Source: Candidatus Heimdallarchaeota archaeon (GTDB lineage: Archaea > Asgardarchaeota > Heimdallarchaeia > JABLTI01). From it: a stretch of 60,251 nt of DNA. Below the pieces are notes generated by a model. That model ran no database searches. It worked only from the letters and a program-made list of their open reading frames with translations, and had not been told where the DNA came from. Shown piece after piece: positions 1 through 10,433 of the stretch. Every line of letters begins with the position of its first letter. Within the stretch, counting starts at the first letter, position 1. Where the stretch lies: contig JAHLVW010000051.1 of NCBI GenBank assembly GCA_019058275.1, positions 1-60,251 on the forward strand, written 5' to 3'. A program made the position numbers and the translations under genes.

Positions 1-55
1 ATCATATTGTCTGAATAAACCGAACCAGAAGTTACATCCATGTACCCATCTTCGA

Positions 56-168
56 GTTACAAAAGCTAAAGCTCAATTATGAGTATTGAAATGCAGGAAC
101 AAATGCCAATGAATCAGCACATATCCATGCAGTTACAAAAGCTAAAGCTTATCTAAGAGCATAGAAGC
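56..168 (+). CRISPR. CRISPR-like mini-array or trailer end of an array (2 repeats, 1 spacer)
   Basis: 37-nt unit GTTACAAAAGCTAAAGCTCAATTATGAGTATTGAAAT (56-92) with GTT start, ATTGAAAT end and internal CTCA/TGAG hairpin. 39-nt spacer (93-131). Second copy 132-168 is identical for 18 nt, then degenerate. No cas genes in window. Confidence 0.65.
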
Positions 169-312
169 AAAGTCTTTCTAGGTTTAAAAAAAATAATCAG
201 AATATCTTTTTGAAATGATGATGTGATTACTGTGTAAATAAGCTTAAAATAAGGCATTATAATTATAGTATAAGGTTTACTGAACATAGAAGTTAAATAA
301 GGAGAATAATTT

Positions 313-1461
313 GTGCCTACAAGATCACCTTTAGCTGATATCAATCCTGCAGTATTCAAATGGTTGCGTGAGAGTTCTGGTTGGACAATTCCAGAGGTTG
401 CTAAACGATTGAATACAAGTGATGCTGTTATTCAAGCTATTGAAGCTGGAGAACGAAAACCAACTTTACGGCAACTAAAAGAGCTTACTACTGCTTTTCG
501 ACGTCCATTAGCAGCTTTCTTTCTTCCACAACCTAAAGTAGAGAAACCATTACCTAAGGATTACCGAATGATTCATCCTGATCAAAAAGGAGTTTTTACT
601 AAGAAGACAATACTAGCATTACGAAAAGCTCGATATCTCCAAACTATTAGCCAGGAGCTATCAAATAATACTGGTTCATTAATTACACCTACAATTAAAT
701 CGGTTGATATTAAAACTAATCCTATAACTATCTCTGATACTTTTAGGAAAAGATTTGTATTAACTTTTGAGAAACAAAAAAATTTCAATAGCAGCTATCA
801 ATTCTTCAACTATCTTCGTGATATTCTTGAGGATTGGAATATATTAGTTTTTCAATTTTCAATGCCAATAGATGATGCTCGTGGGTTTATTTTGGCAGAT
901 GATTTTCCAGTAGTGATAGCGGTAAATACCAAAGATACTATTGAAGCTAGGATTTTTACATTAATGCATGAATTTGCTCATCTTTTACTTGGTGAAACTG
1001 TTATTGACATTCCTTCACTTATCAATACTCACTCCACTAAGATTGAAAAGTGGTGTAATACTTTTGCATCATCTTTTCTTTTCCCAGAAGAAGATGTAAA
1101 AGATGTATTTGAGACATATCAAAATAATCTTACAGAAACTAAAATTCTTAATCGTTTATCTCGAAAATTAAAGTTAAGTAAAGCTATGATTCTCTATAAT
1201 ATGTATAAACATGATTTTATCTCTCAAAAAGAGTATAATGACGTTTTAGAACGTTTTCAAATTATAGCTTCTCAAACACCATTGAGCAAGGGTGGGGGTG
1301 TACCTATTGATCGGAAACGCTTATCTGAGTTGGGCGTGAAATTTGTTTCATTAGTTGTTGATAACTTTGAAAAACAACATATCACCTATAGTGATGCTCT
1401 TAGTTATCTGTCAATTAAATCTAAAAATTTCAACAAAGTGCTAGCGAAGGCAGAGAAATGA
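313..1461 (+). CDS. XRE-type HTH + ImmA/IrrE-family zinc metallopeptidase (probable antitoxin/regulator)
   Basis: N-terminal HTH (LRESSGWTIPEVAKRL...IEAGERKPT); FTLMHEFAH zincin motif; ATGA overlap with downstream PIN gene. Confidence 0.88.
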   Translation: MPTRSPLADINPAVFKWLRESSGWTIPEVAKRLNTSDAVIQAIEAGERKPTLRQLKELTTAFRRPLAAFFLPQPKVEKPLPKDYRMIHPDQKGVFTKKTILALRKARYLQTISQELSNNTGSLITPTIKSVDIKTNPITISDTFRKRFVLTFEKQKNFNSSYQFFNYLRDILEDWNILVFQFSMPIDDARGFILADDFPVVIAVNTKDTIEARIFTLMHEFAHLLLGETVIDIPSLINTHSTKIEKWCNTFASSFLFPEEDVKDVFETYQNNLTETKILNRLSRKLKLSKAMILYNMYKHDFISQKEYNDVLERFQIIASQTPLSKGGGVPIDRKRLSELGVKFVSLVVDNFEKQHITYSDALSYLSIKSKNFNKVLAKAEK

Positions 1462-1949
1462 CCTCCAATCATTATATCATTGACACTAGCTCACTTATTC
1501 ATTTGAATAGATATAATCCAATTGATGTTTATCCAACTGTCTGGCAGAGAATGAGCAATCTAAGAAGAGACGGATTGTTACATTCTGTGGTTGAGGTTTA
1601 TAACGAAATACATCGAAAAGACGATACATTAAAACAATGGACTATTGCAAATAGAAAAATGTTCGCGAAAGAAACTGAAATACAGATGCATTATGTAACA
1701 GAAATTCTGCAAAATTACCCTGCATTAATTAAAACAGAAGGAACTTTTGAAGCTGATCCATGGATAATAGCGATGGCATTAGAAATGAGATCATCTAACC
1801 AGCAAAAATTATTTGCTGAGAAAATAATCATTGTAACTGAAGAGAAACTAAAAGGTCAGAAAGTTCGAATACCTCTTGTTTGTATTAACTATGATTTAGA
1901 TTATTTATCTATTTTTGATATGTTTCGACAAGAAGGCTGGCAATTCTAG
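1458..1949 (+). CDS. PIN-domain protein, DUF4411-like (probable toxin)
   Basis: YIIDTSSL, VYNEI, ADPWIIAMA, IVTEE, RIPLVC motifs; translationally coupled to the ImmA/IrrE gene. Confidence 0.85.
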   Translation: MTSNHYIIDTSSLIHLNRYNPIDVYPTVWQRMSNLRRDGLLHSVVEVYNEIHRKDDTLKQWTIANRKMFAKETEIQMHYVTEILQNYPALIKTEGTFEADPWIIAMALEMRSSNQQKLFAEKIIIVTEEKLKGQKVRIPLVCINYDLDYLSIFDMFRQEGWQF

Positions 1950-2054
1950 AATCGATTATCATTTTTCGCATACAATAAAATATAATTCTCTCGAAATCTT
2001 TTTCTAGCACGGGGAGAATTACTTTTTTGTTCTCTAGGTGCTTCTGGAGTGTCG

Positions 2055-2085
2055 GTTGCAAAAGCTCAATTAAGAGTATTGAAAT
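2055..2085 (+). repeat. Solitary CRISPR-like repeat variant
   Basis: GTTGCAAAAGCTCAATTAAGAGTATTGAAAT equals the 56-92 repeat minus one AAAGCT unit, with 2 substitutions. Confidence 0.65.
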
Positions 2086-2180
2086 GGATACTTGATGATA
2101 GGCTGTTATCATATTTACACGTAAGTTTGAAAGTCAACATATTGACTTGCATTACTAAATGCACCACTAGGTGCAATTAG

Positions 2181-2553
2181 TTCTTTTTTCTTCTAAATTT
2201 ACCAACAGAAGAATTACTTTTTGGCCATCGATTCTTCTATCCGATAAAAAATAGTTAGTTCTTTAAGTTTTAAAACCAATATACTATATGCCTTGGTGAG
2301 TTCAAAAGAACGAAACCCTCTCAATATTTCTTCTTTCATATCTCCCAGAGTATTTATTCTTGGATGAAAGGGCATCATCTGATTTAGTCCTAGAGGTTCC
2401 CTCTCAAAAACTAATAGGATGGTACCCCATCAATCAACTTTCTTTCTGCAGGTAAGGGATCCATTAGTCATTTTTTTTCTTCAACATTTACTAACAGAAG
2501 TTTTACTTTGTGACCATCAATTTTTTCTTTGCTGGATTTTAAATAGTCAATTG
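2181..2553 (-). pseudogene. Two decayed tandem copies of a small gene end
   Basis: Imperfect ~80-nt direct repeats at ~2181-2260 and ~2471-2553; minus-strand translations IDGQ/KVILLLVNLEEK (frameshifted) and IDGHKVKLLLVNVEEKK*. Confidence 0.4.
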
Positions 2554-2836
2554 AAATAGGGTTAATTGCAGATTTTTTCTCGAGAGGAATTGGATAGAAT
2601 TATTGTCTGGAAAAAACATGCTTCATCACTCACAAATACCCAAAAGTGTTTACGATGTTCAAAGCAATTGAATTAATTCCAATTATCCATATTTTGATTT
2701 ACAACTATGTGAAAGATAATCAAACAAAAGAAGAATTGCTACAGCTTATTGCTGATCTGGTTCCAAGAGCCTAGAGAGAGTTTCTGGAATTCTATGAATT
2801 AGTAGATCCAAAATATTTTGATGGATCATAATTCTA

Positions 2837-3418
2837 TTAAAGAAAATCCTTGAATTGATCTATTGTTATTCTTTGATATCCTTCATCATATTTGAGAATT
2901 AATGAATCTATTTCCTGGTGGATGATAATGCTTGCAGCTTTATGGTTGATGGGAGTATTAACTACAAAATAATCAAGATCAATATCTAAACTGTATAATC
3001 CATCTTTAAGTAATTTTGTAGCAATTCCCATTCTTCTGAAGTTTGGAAAAGTAAACATGTCCCATAGAGCATATGTGCTGATTAATTTATTATTTTCAGT
3101 AAAGTTAACTGGATAAAAAGCTACAAATCCTTCTGGACAATCATCATTTGAGTGAATCAAAACTACTTCTCCTCTTTCAAATCCTGCGTGAGTAATTGGA
3201 TTATGGAAAAGGAATTGACTAATCATAGAGTAGTAGCCAAAGTTTACTGCAACTTCTTTTTGCTTCGTTGTCTTGACATATGCACCTTCTGGTCCATGCC
3301 AATTGGACCTAAATACTCTTTTACATCTATCTAGATGCTCATAGTAATCTGCCATTGACTTTGGTCCTGCTAAAGGTTCAAAAAGTGATTCATTTGTTAA
3401 TCTAGATACCTTTTCCAT
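2837..3418 (-). CDS. GNAT-family acetyltransferase
   Basis: Acetyl-CoA motif A FTFPNFRRMGIATKLL; start moved to ATG 3418 (MEKVSRL) because the upstream extension looks non-coding. Confidence 0.65.
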   Translation of the reverse strand: MEKVSRLTNESLFEPLAGPKSMADYYEHLDRCKRVFRSNWHGPEGAYVKTTKQKEVAVNFGYYSMISQFLFHNPITHAGFERGEVVLIHSNDDCPEGFVAFYPVNFTENNKLISTYALWDMFTFPNFRRMGIATKLLKDGLYSLDIDLDYFVVNTPINHKAASIIIHQEIDSLILKYDEGYQRITIDQFKDFL

Positions 3419-3583
3419 TTTACAAGAACAGGAAGTAAATAATCCTGAAAAATTATTAAAGCATGTTAAGAAAGTGATGTTAAGAAATAAACAGATATCA
3501 AAATGGTATGGGAAATTCATTATTAAAACCTTAAAAGAATTTACAGAAATCGAAACATATGGTTATTCAGATATGATGTTAAA

Positions 3584-3757
3584 ATGAACTCAATTCGAAA
3601 TCCCTATATTTGGATTGAACAAGCATATGAAATAGGTGATTCAACAGAAAAAACTCTGCTTTTTGTTAAAGAATTCATTGAAAATGAAGAAGCTAATTTG
3701 GAAATTTTAGATACAAAAACTTATGATTTAATTAATCATTTTATAAGTAAACTTTGA
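3584..3757 (+). CDS. Small hypothetical protein or frameshifted remnant (57 aa)
   Basis: Manual translation MNSIRNPYIWIEQAYEIGDSTEKTLLFVKEFIENEEANLEILDTKTYDLINHFISKL*; below ORF-track cutoff. Confidence 0.3.
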   Translation: MNSIRNPYIWIEQAYEIGDSTEKTLLFVKEFIENEEANLEILDTKTYDLINHFISKL

Positions 3758-3979
3758 AATATAGAACAGAAGTGAATATAAAAAAATACTTCACCATTTA
3801 ACACATTTGAAATTGTAAAGTTTTTTATCTTAGAAGGTGTTTTTAGATAATGAGAATTTCATCAATTATGCACAAATTGATGAATCTTGAAATGACCGAC
3901 TTCAAGTACACAGCCTATTGGGGGACTTGGGCATGTGAATTCTTCGTTTCGTTTTAATAAATGTAAATGAGGTTGCAAT

Positions 3980-5191
3980 ATGAGTAAAAAAAATAATCAT
4001 AGGAATAAAAATGAAATGCATAAAGAGAAAGAGATTGAGATATTAAATCTCATGAAATCTATTAAAAAATCCGTTCCAAAAAAAATATGTGTAGAAAATT
4101 ATAAAGAACGAATTATAAATCATGGTTACCACACAGTAAAATTTTTAAAAAAATTAAGTTCAGAACATAGATTATACAATTGGGCTTTGAGTAACGTTAA
4201 AGGGGAATTATATGAAGCTTTTATCTCTGAAGTTTTACTAGACTGGGCTAGAAATAATAATGATGTCAACAATTTTATTTTAAAAGATCCTTATGTCAAA
4301 ACAAATGAAGTAGAGAATGGCTTTGGATATGATAGAAGAAGGATTACATTATATGGAGATAGTGATCCACTAGCAGAATTTGATGCTATGTTCAAATATA
4401 AAAGAAAGTTGTTTTTTGTTGAAATAACTACTACAACTAAACGAGAGAACATCAAAAAATTTCTTCAGAATATTGCTCGAAAAAGGAAAATATTGAAACT
4501 TGTGTTTAATTCTGAAGATGTTTACAGTCTTATTATTACAATTGTTCCAAATCTTTTCAATCCATCTGATTTGTCTATATATGATTTGAATTACTATTTT
4601 CCTATTGATGAAGAATTATTGACTCTTATACCAGAAATCACAACTAAGGGAAGGATTATCAAATTTGTTGATAAGAATAGTAAGTTTATATTCGCAAATG
4701 AGTTAGAATATCATGAACTAGAATATAAAAAAAAGAGAACCTATGTAAGAAGACAATTCAATAAATACTATAAAGGCAAGATAACTTCTGAGGAATTTAT
4801 TCAAAAAACTCAAGATGTTTTCGGTATTGTTCAGAATTTTAGTTTGGGAGTATTACCTAATACTGCATTAAATGTTTTTTTAGAGAATGGATTACTATAT
4901 AAAAAATATACAGGTTTTAATATAAATCGCATTAGACGTATAGTAGTAGGTGTAAAACTCGAATTAGGTAAAACTGCACAATTGCGATTATATGTTATAC
5001 CTTCAAGATTTTATAGTGATTTTATTTATACTTTTTATTGGAAAAATAACCAGTTCAAGATACGTGACAAGGTTCTTAAGAAATCTTGTTTTTTAAAAAC
5101 GTTTGACCCGAAATTCGATCCTAATGATAAATCTTTATGGGAACAGTTAGGAAATGCCTGCATTAATCTTAAAATTCCAAAAATAGATTAA
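3980..5191 (+). CDS. PD-(D/E)xK restriction-endonuclease-like protein
   Basis: GELYEAFI...EFDAMF...FFVEIT pattern typical of the PD-(D/E)xK core. Confidence 0.6.
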   Translation: MSKKNNHRNKNEMHKEKEIEILNLMKSIKKSVPKKICVENYKERIINHGYHTVKFLKKLSSEHRLYNWALSNVKGELYEAFISEVLLDWARNNNDVNNFILKDPYVKTNEVENGFGYDRRRITLYGDSDPLAEFDAMFKYKRKLFFVEITTTTKRENIKKFLQNIARKRKILKLVFNSEDVYSLIITIVPNLFNPSDLSIYDLNYYFPIDEELLTLIPEITTKGRIIKFVDKNSKFIFANELEYHELEYKKKRTYVRRQFNKYYKGKITSEEFIQKTQDVFGIVQNFSLGVLPNTALNVFLENGLLYKKYTGFNINRIRRIVVGVKLELGKTAQLRLYVIPSRFYSDFIYTFYWKNNQFKIRDKVLKKSCFLKTFDPKFDPNDKSLWEQLGNACINLKIPKID

Positions 5192-5417
5192 TTCAATTTA
5201 ATGATTTCATTAAAACAGCTTTGCAGTATGAAAAATTAGTTGAAAGAAAAAAATTTCAATTTGCATTCTTATTTGAGGTTCTTTTATATTATCTTTTGAA
5301 CTAGTTTCTGAGAGCTGTTTTTAGTGAAAGGTAAGATTTCGAAACATCTGGATAAAGGATTAAGATTTTTATCTAGAGGAGAATTTTTGAATTGTGATTA
5401 GGAGATTACTTATAGTA

Positions 5418-5783
5418 TTATATTCGCTCAATTCTCTTGTAAATTTCTTGTACAAAGAACATTCCTTTTTGCACATAGTTTAAATCGTGTTGTTTCATAA
5501 CTTCATCGAAAGAGCTCCTAACAGCTTCAAGAAGCTCTTTATTATTGCTTTCAACTTCATCATCATAAGGATTAGTAAAAATTTGTAGAATTTTAATTTT
5601 CCAGAGAAGCATTTCAGGGTGATCTAAATCTGTAAAATCTACATAATCTGTCAGAGAAGAACCCATTTTCCAACCAAGAACAAGAGCTTCAAATAAAGGA
5701 TCAATAGCTTCATCAGTCTAGATTAAAAGCTCTCTGCCCCAATCTGGATGGTGAAGTTTATTTATGTAAATGTAAATAATCAA
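5418..5783 (-). pseudogene. Hypothetical protein interrupted by in-frame TAG (5718-5720)
   Basis: Frame continues upstream of ATG 5666: ...LHHPDWGRELLI*TDEAIDPLFEALVLGWKMGSS... Confidence 0.45.
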
Positions 5784-5801
5784 AAGAAATGAATTGGAAG
5801 A

Positions 5802-8800
5802 ATGTATATGGGAATTCATCTATATTGTGGAAAGATTGAGGATAGAGAACATGAACACGAATGGGATCAGTTAGTTGAAATTTGTAGTATCATCCATAAT
5901 AATTATGACAAGAATAAACCAATTTATCTATTGTATAATTTCAAAATCAGCAATAGAGCTCAAATTGATCTTCTAATAATACAAGAAAAAGGCATTTGTG
6001 TGCTAGAACTAAAATCCATCAAGGGGGAAATAATAGGAAGTGAAAGGGATGAGCTGTTAATTAAAACTGATAATGATGATTTAACACTTAATCTATTCCC
6101 TCAACTAATGAAAGAGAGATTTGCTGTTATTGATGAATTGGAAAAATTACGAAAAAGGATTTTTCCAAAAATTACGGAAAATAAAATGCGAAAAGTTCAA
6201 GCTTGGGGTTATTTCGAAAAAGGAAGTAATTATGATAAATCTCAAATGTCTGGAAAGTATCGAGTAGGATTTGACATAATTACAGGTGATGATCTTATAC
6301 GAAAATTAAGTTTCGTTAAATCTGGTTATAAATTAAAAGAACAAGATATGATAGCAATAAAGAACAGCTTCAATGTAGTTGAATGCCCTGAAGATGATCC
6401 TCGTTTATCTTTTCTATTCATAGAGAAATTAGAAAAAGGTTGGATCCCCAAATCAAATGATTCTGCTAGTTATTATCTTAAAGCTATAAAAAATGATATG
6501 ATTGAAAAGGGTGAGATTAAAGAAGATGGAAATTGGATTTTAAACCTTAAAACAAGGATTTTTGAGAATGGGAAACCCAGTAATAAGATTAATGCTGTCA
6601 AATCAATATCTGAAATTCTTGAATTATCTAATTATTCAGTTATAACTGGTTTTGCAGGTTCAGGGAAATCTATTTTTTTACATCAGATTTATGAGAAAGT
6701 TATACAAAAAGAATCACAATATGGAATCCCACTTTATATATCACTAAGAGAAATTCAACAATACAAAATTAATGACCAGCTATTTTTGAATTATAAAAAC
6801 AATAAATTGGTAATACCTAGTGAAAAGGATCTAAGTGATAAATTTCTGTTGGAAATTAGTAAATTAGTTGTCTATTCATACTTTGAATATCTTTCTAAGG
6901 ATAAGGATTTGATTAATAGGAAAGAAGTCTATTTGGATCTATTTGAGAAATTTCTAAAGGAAAACCATTTTGTATTCTGTTTAGATGGTTATGATGAAAT
7001 AACTAAGGGAAAAGAAATCATCGACAATTGGATTAGTTTTCTTTTTCGAGAAAATATTTCTTTTATTTTGTCAACAAGACCAATTGTCTTAACTAGATTA
7101 GAAAAAAATCTAGGAACACAAGGTTTGAATTATTATTGGCTTTTACAACCAAACAAACAAGAAACCCGTGCTTATCTTGAAAATAGAGCGAAGAAATTTG
7201 GATTCAAATCATTAGATATTGAGTATAAAGATCTAACTCCATTACAGCTTTCTATCAGAAGTCAATTTCCCATAAAATTAGATTTGAATAAAAATCAAGA
7301 GTTTGAATTTCAAATATATGGGCAAATCTTATGGGAAACATTCAAACATAAACCCTCTTTGATTTCTCGGATAAAATCGATTAATGATATAACTAAATTA
7401 CTAAAATCTGAAAATGATGAAAGAACTGGTGCCAAGTATTCAGTTTATGATTTGATAAATGGTCCTGTAGATCGACAATATACAAAAAAGGATTTACATA
7501 ATGATGCTTCCATTCTTGGAATATGTGGTGAATTAGCATATCTATCATACTCGGGAGAAATTGATACAGAATATGTTGAAAAATTATACAAAGAAAATCC
7601 ATATAATCCATTATTTGTTGATATATTTACTTTACCAGCAATTAACAAATCAATTGTCTATTTCAATTTACCACAATTAAGGGATTATTTTACTGTTCAA
7701 TACATTTACTCTATGTATAAGAAGGGCAATATTATTTCACTTATCAATTCAGATATAATGAAGTTGTTTTACAATTTATTATTTAGTAAAAAGCCTTGGG
7801 AAAAAGATGATGCACTATCTCAATTTGGGAGAAATGCAAATGAAATTATTGTTAAATATCTGACTAATAATCAAATTAAATTAAAACCCACAGAATTCTT
7901 AAATGATACTGGTGATAAGGGTCATCTTTTTGTTATGGGAAGATTCAGAATGGGAACACCAAACTGGTACGAAAAACTAGTTCAAGGTATAGTAAATGAA
8001 ATTATAAATGAAAATGATCCAATAAGAAATGAAAAATTATCCAATAGACTACTAACTATAATTCAAAGAATCCCAGAATTAGCATTGGATAGCGCTTATG
8101 ATTCTATTGTAAAAGATCGGGAGTTTGGAAGTTACTCACAAAGTATACACCCATATCAATATGAAAAACAAATAAGAGAAATTTTCCCAGAATTTAATGG
8201 TCCATTAGTGAACCATATACAAGAGTTATTTGATAGTTTAAACGTATTGCCAGAAAATGGTTTATGTACAGCTTGTAATATTGAGAGTGAAATTAATGAA
8301 AGAGATAAGAAAGCAATTAAAATGGACTTCAAAGATGATGATGCAGATGATGAAGAGGACTTCAATGAAGAACTAAATTATTTAATGAGTCTAAATTACA
8401 CATTCAATCTAATTCATGAAATAAATGGTAACCCTTCACAAACTTATCTTTTGAATCTATTAGAAAGCAATATTGACGATGGAATCAAAGATTGGTCTAT
8501 TCTGGTGAATGAATACGATAGCATTATTGCTTTTCAAGGATTATTAAGACATAGAGCAGATTTTACAGATGATGACTACTTACAATATATAGCATATAGA
8601 ATGATTGAAGTTGCCAGAACTGAGCATCTAGCATTATATGCTATCAAAATATGGAAATCCTTGCTTAATGGTATGGCTACAGATGGTGGTGGACATATAC
8701 CTGGACCTGAAATGATATATGAGTATGGATTTAAAGCCATAGACTCATTACTAAAAAAGGAAATTATCTGGGAATATCTAATTGGTTATCTCTTTTCAAA

Positions 8801-10412
8801 AATTACTAATTCTAATTATTATAGCAAATTAGGCATTCTGTTATTTGAGAATATAAGAGAATACATTAGTGAGGATTTATTTAAACAATTAGTATTTAAA
8901 TTAGTCTCAAAAGTAATGTATTTAAAAGATGAAAATCTATCAAAACAATTGAATTGTTTAAAGGGATTCGAAGATTTTTGGCTGCCTATTTTGCTAGACT
9001 CAGGTGAAAAAGGATTTTATCTTTTATCATATCTTAATTTAGAAAATTATGATTTTACTGAATATGATTTAGAGCAGATATACTTAGTAACCAAAAATTT
9101 CATAGAAACAAGAAGTTCTGGAGAAATTAATCCTCAAATACTTGTGTACTTACTTGAGGAAGGATACACTATTGTTTGGAATGATTTCTTAAATTTACTC
9201 GGTTCTAATATGAAAACTGATGCCTATTTTCGTAAACTTATTTCTAATATTAGTGAAGAAACTCTACTTCAAGCTATAGATGAACTTGATAATAATATAG
9301 ATAAGCTATTGGCTGTCATTATTTCTCGCAAAAATCAAAATTACCTTGAAGATTTTCTTAGTTGTTATTTCCTTAAAGCTAGTTTAATTGACATTAAAAC
9401 ATTATTTCAAAATTGGTTAAAACAACTCTTTGATGATGATAAAGAAATGCTAATTATATACAAATTAGAACAACACATCAAATTATGGTTGTTTAGTGAG
9501 ATAAAGAATTACAATTTTATTAACGTGCTTCTTTCAGATATTAATCTTAATCTAAAACTACTAACAGATTTCTTTGAAAAACCTGTTTCCTTTTATGGAA
9601 GAGATCTAGTTGATGAATTACCAACTGAAGAATTCTGGAATTTAAATATAACTGAAGAAATCTTGAAGAATATTCTTGATAAAATGATAGTATCATTAGA
9701 TAATGAGTATCCCCCATCTCATAAATATTGGATTAAATTACTTTTACCATTTTTAGATACATATTCCAATCTTGATAATTTAGCTAATAATTACATAACT
9801 AAATTATTAGCAACCAAATTTAGTAATGTAGATAAAAATGATCTATTATTTTATTATAAGGAAAATCCACATTCTAAATTTAAAGAATTGTTCCTAAAAG
9901 CTATCGAAAATATATCAGCAAAGCAAGAAGTACAAAATTCTCTTGATGTTTTGAAATATCAAGTTTATAATATAGAAAATAAGGGCATCCTAAAGAAGAA
10001 GAAATTAAATAAACAATCAAAGATTGATCTAGAGTATTTCAGAAAAATCGTTGATATTCTAATTGAAAAGGATGTTGAATTATTAGAAAAATCAATCTAT
10101 AGTGAAATAAGTCAAAGTAATTTTGAATTAATAGATTTGGCTGCAAAATTAGAAAGTTTGAAGATAAATGAATATGCTCTAAAGATTTTACAATGCCAAA
10201 TACCCAGTTATCTTGTTGATAAAACGCTAGATGTTATTGAACAATATTGTGAGATTAGTTTACCAACAAAGGAATTAGAGAAGATAGAAAGCATTCTGCA
10301 AAAGGAGTTAGATGAGCAAATCAAGAAAGATAGAAAATGGAGAATAGAAAGATTAGAGAAATTATTAGAAAGATGTAGAAACCTAACTAAATCAATGAAT
10401 AATAGCAAGTAG
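5802..10412 (+). CDS. NERD nuclease + NACHT/STAND NTPase + helical repeat region (NLR/Avs-like protein)
   Basis: NERD motif NFKI...QIDLLII...GICVLELKS; Walker A GFAGSGKS; Walker B FCLDGYDE; ILSTRP sensor; long helical C-terminus. Confidence 0.8.
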   Translation: MYMGIHLYCGKIEDREHEHEWDQLVEICSIIHNNYDKNKPIYLLYNFKISNRAQIDLLIIQEKGICVLELKSIKGEIIGSERDELLIKTDNDDLTLNLFPQLMKERFAVIDELEKLRKRIFPKITENKMRKVQAWGYFEKGSNYDKSQMSGKYRVGFDIITGDDLIRKLSFVKSGYKLKEQDMIAIKNSFNVVECPEDDPRLSFLFIEKLEKGWIPKSNDSASYYLKAIKNDMIEKGEIKEDGNWILNLKTRIFENGKPSNKINAVKSISEILELSNYSVITGFAGSGKSIFLHQIYEKVIQKESQYGIPLYISLREIQQYKINDQLFLNYKNNKLVIPSEKDLSDKFLLEISKLVVYSYFEYLSKDKDLINRKEVYLDLFEKFLKENHFVFCLDGYDEITKGKEIIDNWISFLFRENISFILSTRPIVLTRLEKNLGTQGLNYYWLLQPNKQETRAYLENRAKKFGFKSLDIEYKDLTPLQLSIRSQFPIKLDLNKNQEFEFQIYGQILWETFKHKPSLISRIKSINDITKLLKSENDERTGAKYSVYDLINGPVDRQYTKKDLHNDASILGICGELAYLSYSGEIDTEYVEKLYKENPYNPLFVDIFTLPAINKSIVYFNLPQLRDYFTVQYIYSMYKKGNIISLINSDIMKLFYNLLFSKKPWEKDDALSQFGRNANEIIVKYLTNNQIKLKPTEFLNDTGDKGHLFVMGRFRMGTPNWYEKLVQGIVNEIINENDPIRNEKLSNRLLTIIQRIPELALDSAYDSIVKDREFGSYSQSIHPYQYEKQIREIFPEFNGPLVNHIQELFDSLNVLPENGLCTACNIESEINERDKKAIKMDFKDDDADDEEDFNEELNYLMSLNYTFNLIHEINGNPSQTYLLNLLESNIDDGIKDWSILVNEYDSIIAFQGLLRHRADFTDDDYLQYIAYRMIEVARTEHLALYAIKIWKSLLNGMATDGGGHIPGPEMIYEYGFKAIDSLLKKEIIWEYLIGYLFSKITNSNYYSKLGILLFENIREYISEDLFKQLVFKLVSKVMYLKDENLSKQLNCLKGFEDFWLPILLDSGEKGFYLLSYLNLENYDFTEYDLEQIYLVTKNFIETRSSGEINPQILVYLLEEGYTIVWNDFLNLLGSNMKTDAYFRKLISNISEETLLQAIDELDNNIDKLLAVIISRKNQNYLEDFLSCYFLKASLIDIKTLFQNWLKQLFDDDKEMLIIYKLEQHIKLWLFSEIKNYNFINVLLSDINLNLKLLTDFFEKPVSFYGRDLVDELPTEEFWNLNITEEILKNILDKMIVSLDNEYPPSHKYWIKLLLPFLDTYSNLDNLANNYITKLLATKFSNVDKNDLLFYYKENPHSKFKELFLKAIENISAKQEVQNSLDVLKYQVYNIENKGILKKKKLNKQSKIDLEYFRKIVDILIEKDVELLEKSIYSEISQSNFELIDLAAKLESLKINEYALKILQCQIPSYLVDKTLDVIEQYCEISLPTKELEKIESILQKELDEQIKKDRKWRIERLEKLLERCRNLTKSMNNSK

Positions 10413-10433
10413 ACTAATATTATTGATTTCTAT

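Noticed and set aside
227-245. Partial complementarity between the sequence after the orphan repeat and the TA promoter (GTGTAAATA)
   Set aside because: Short, gapped, AT-rich and at the non-seed end
1909-2112. 67-aa minus-strand ORF
   Set aside because: Runs through the orphan repeat and overlaps the PIN gene; at most a remnant
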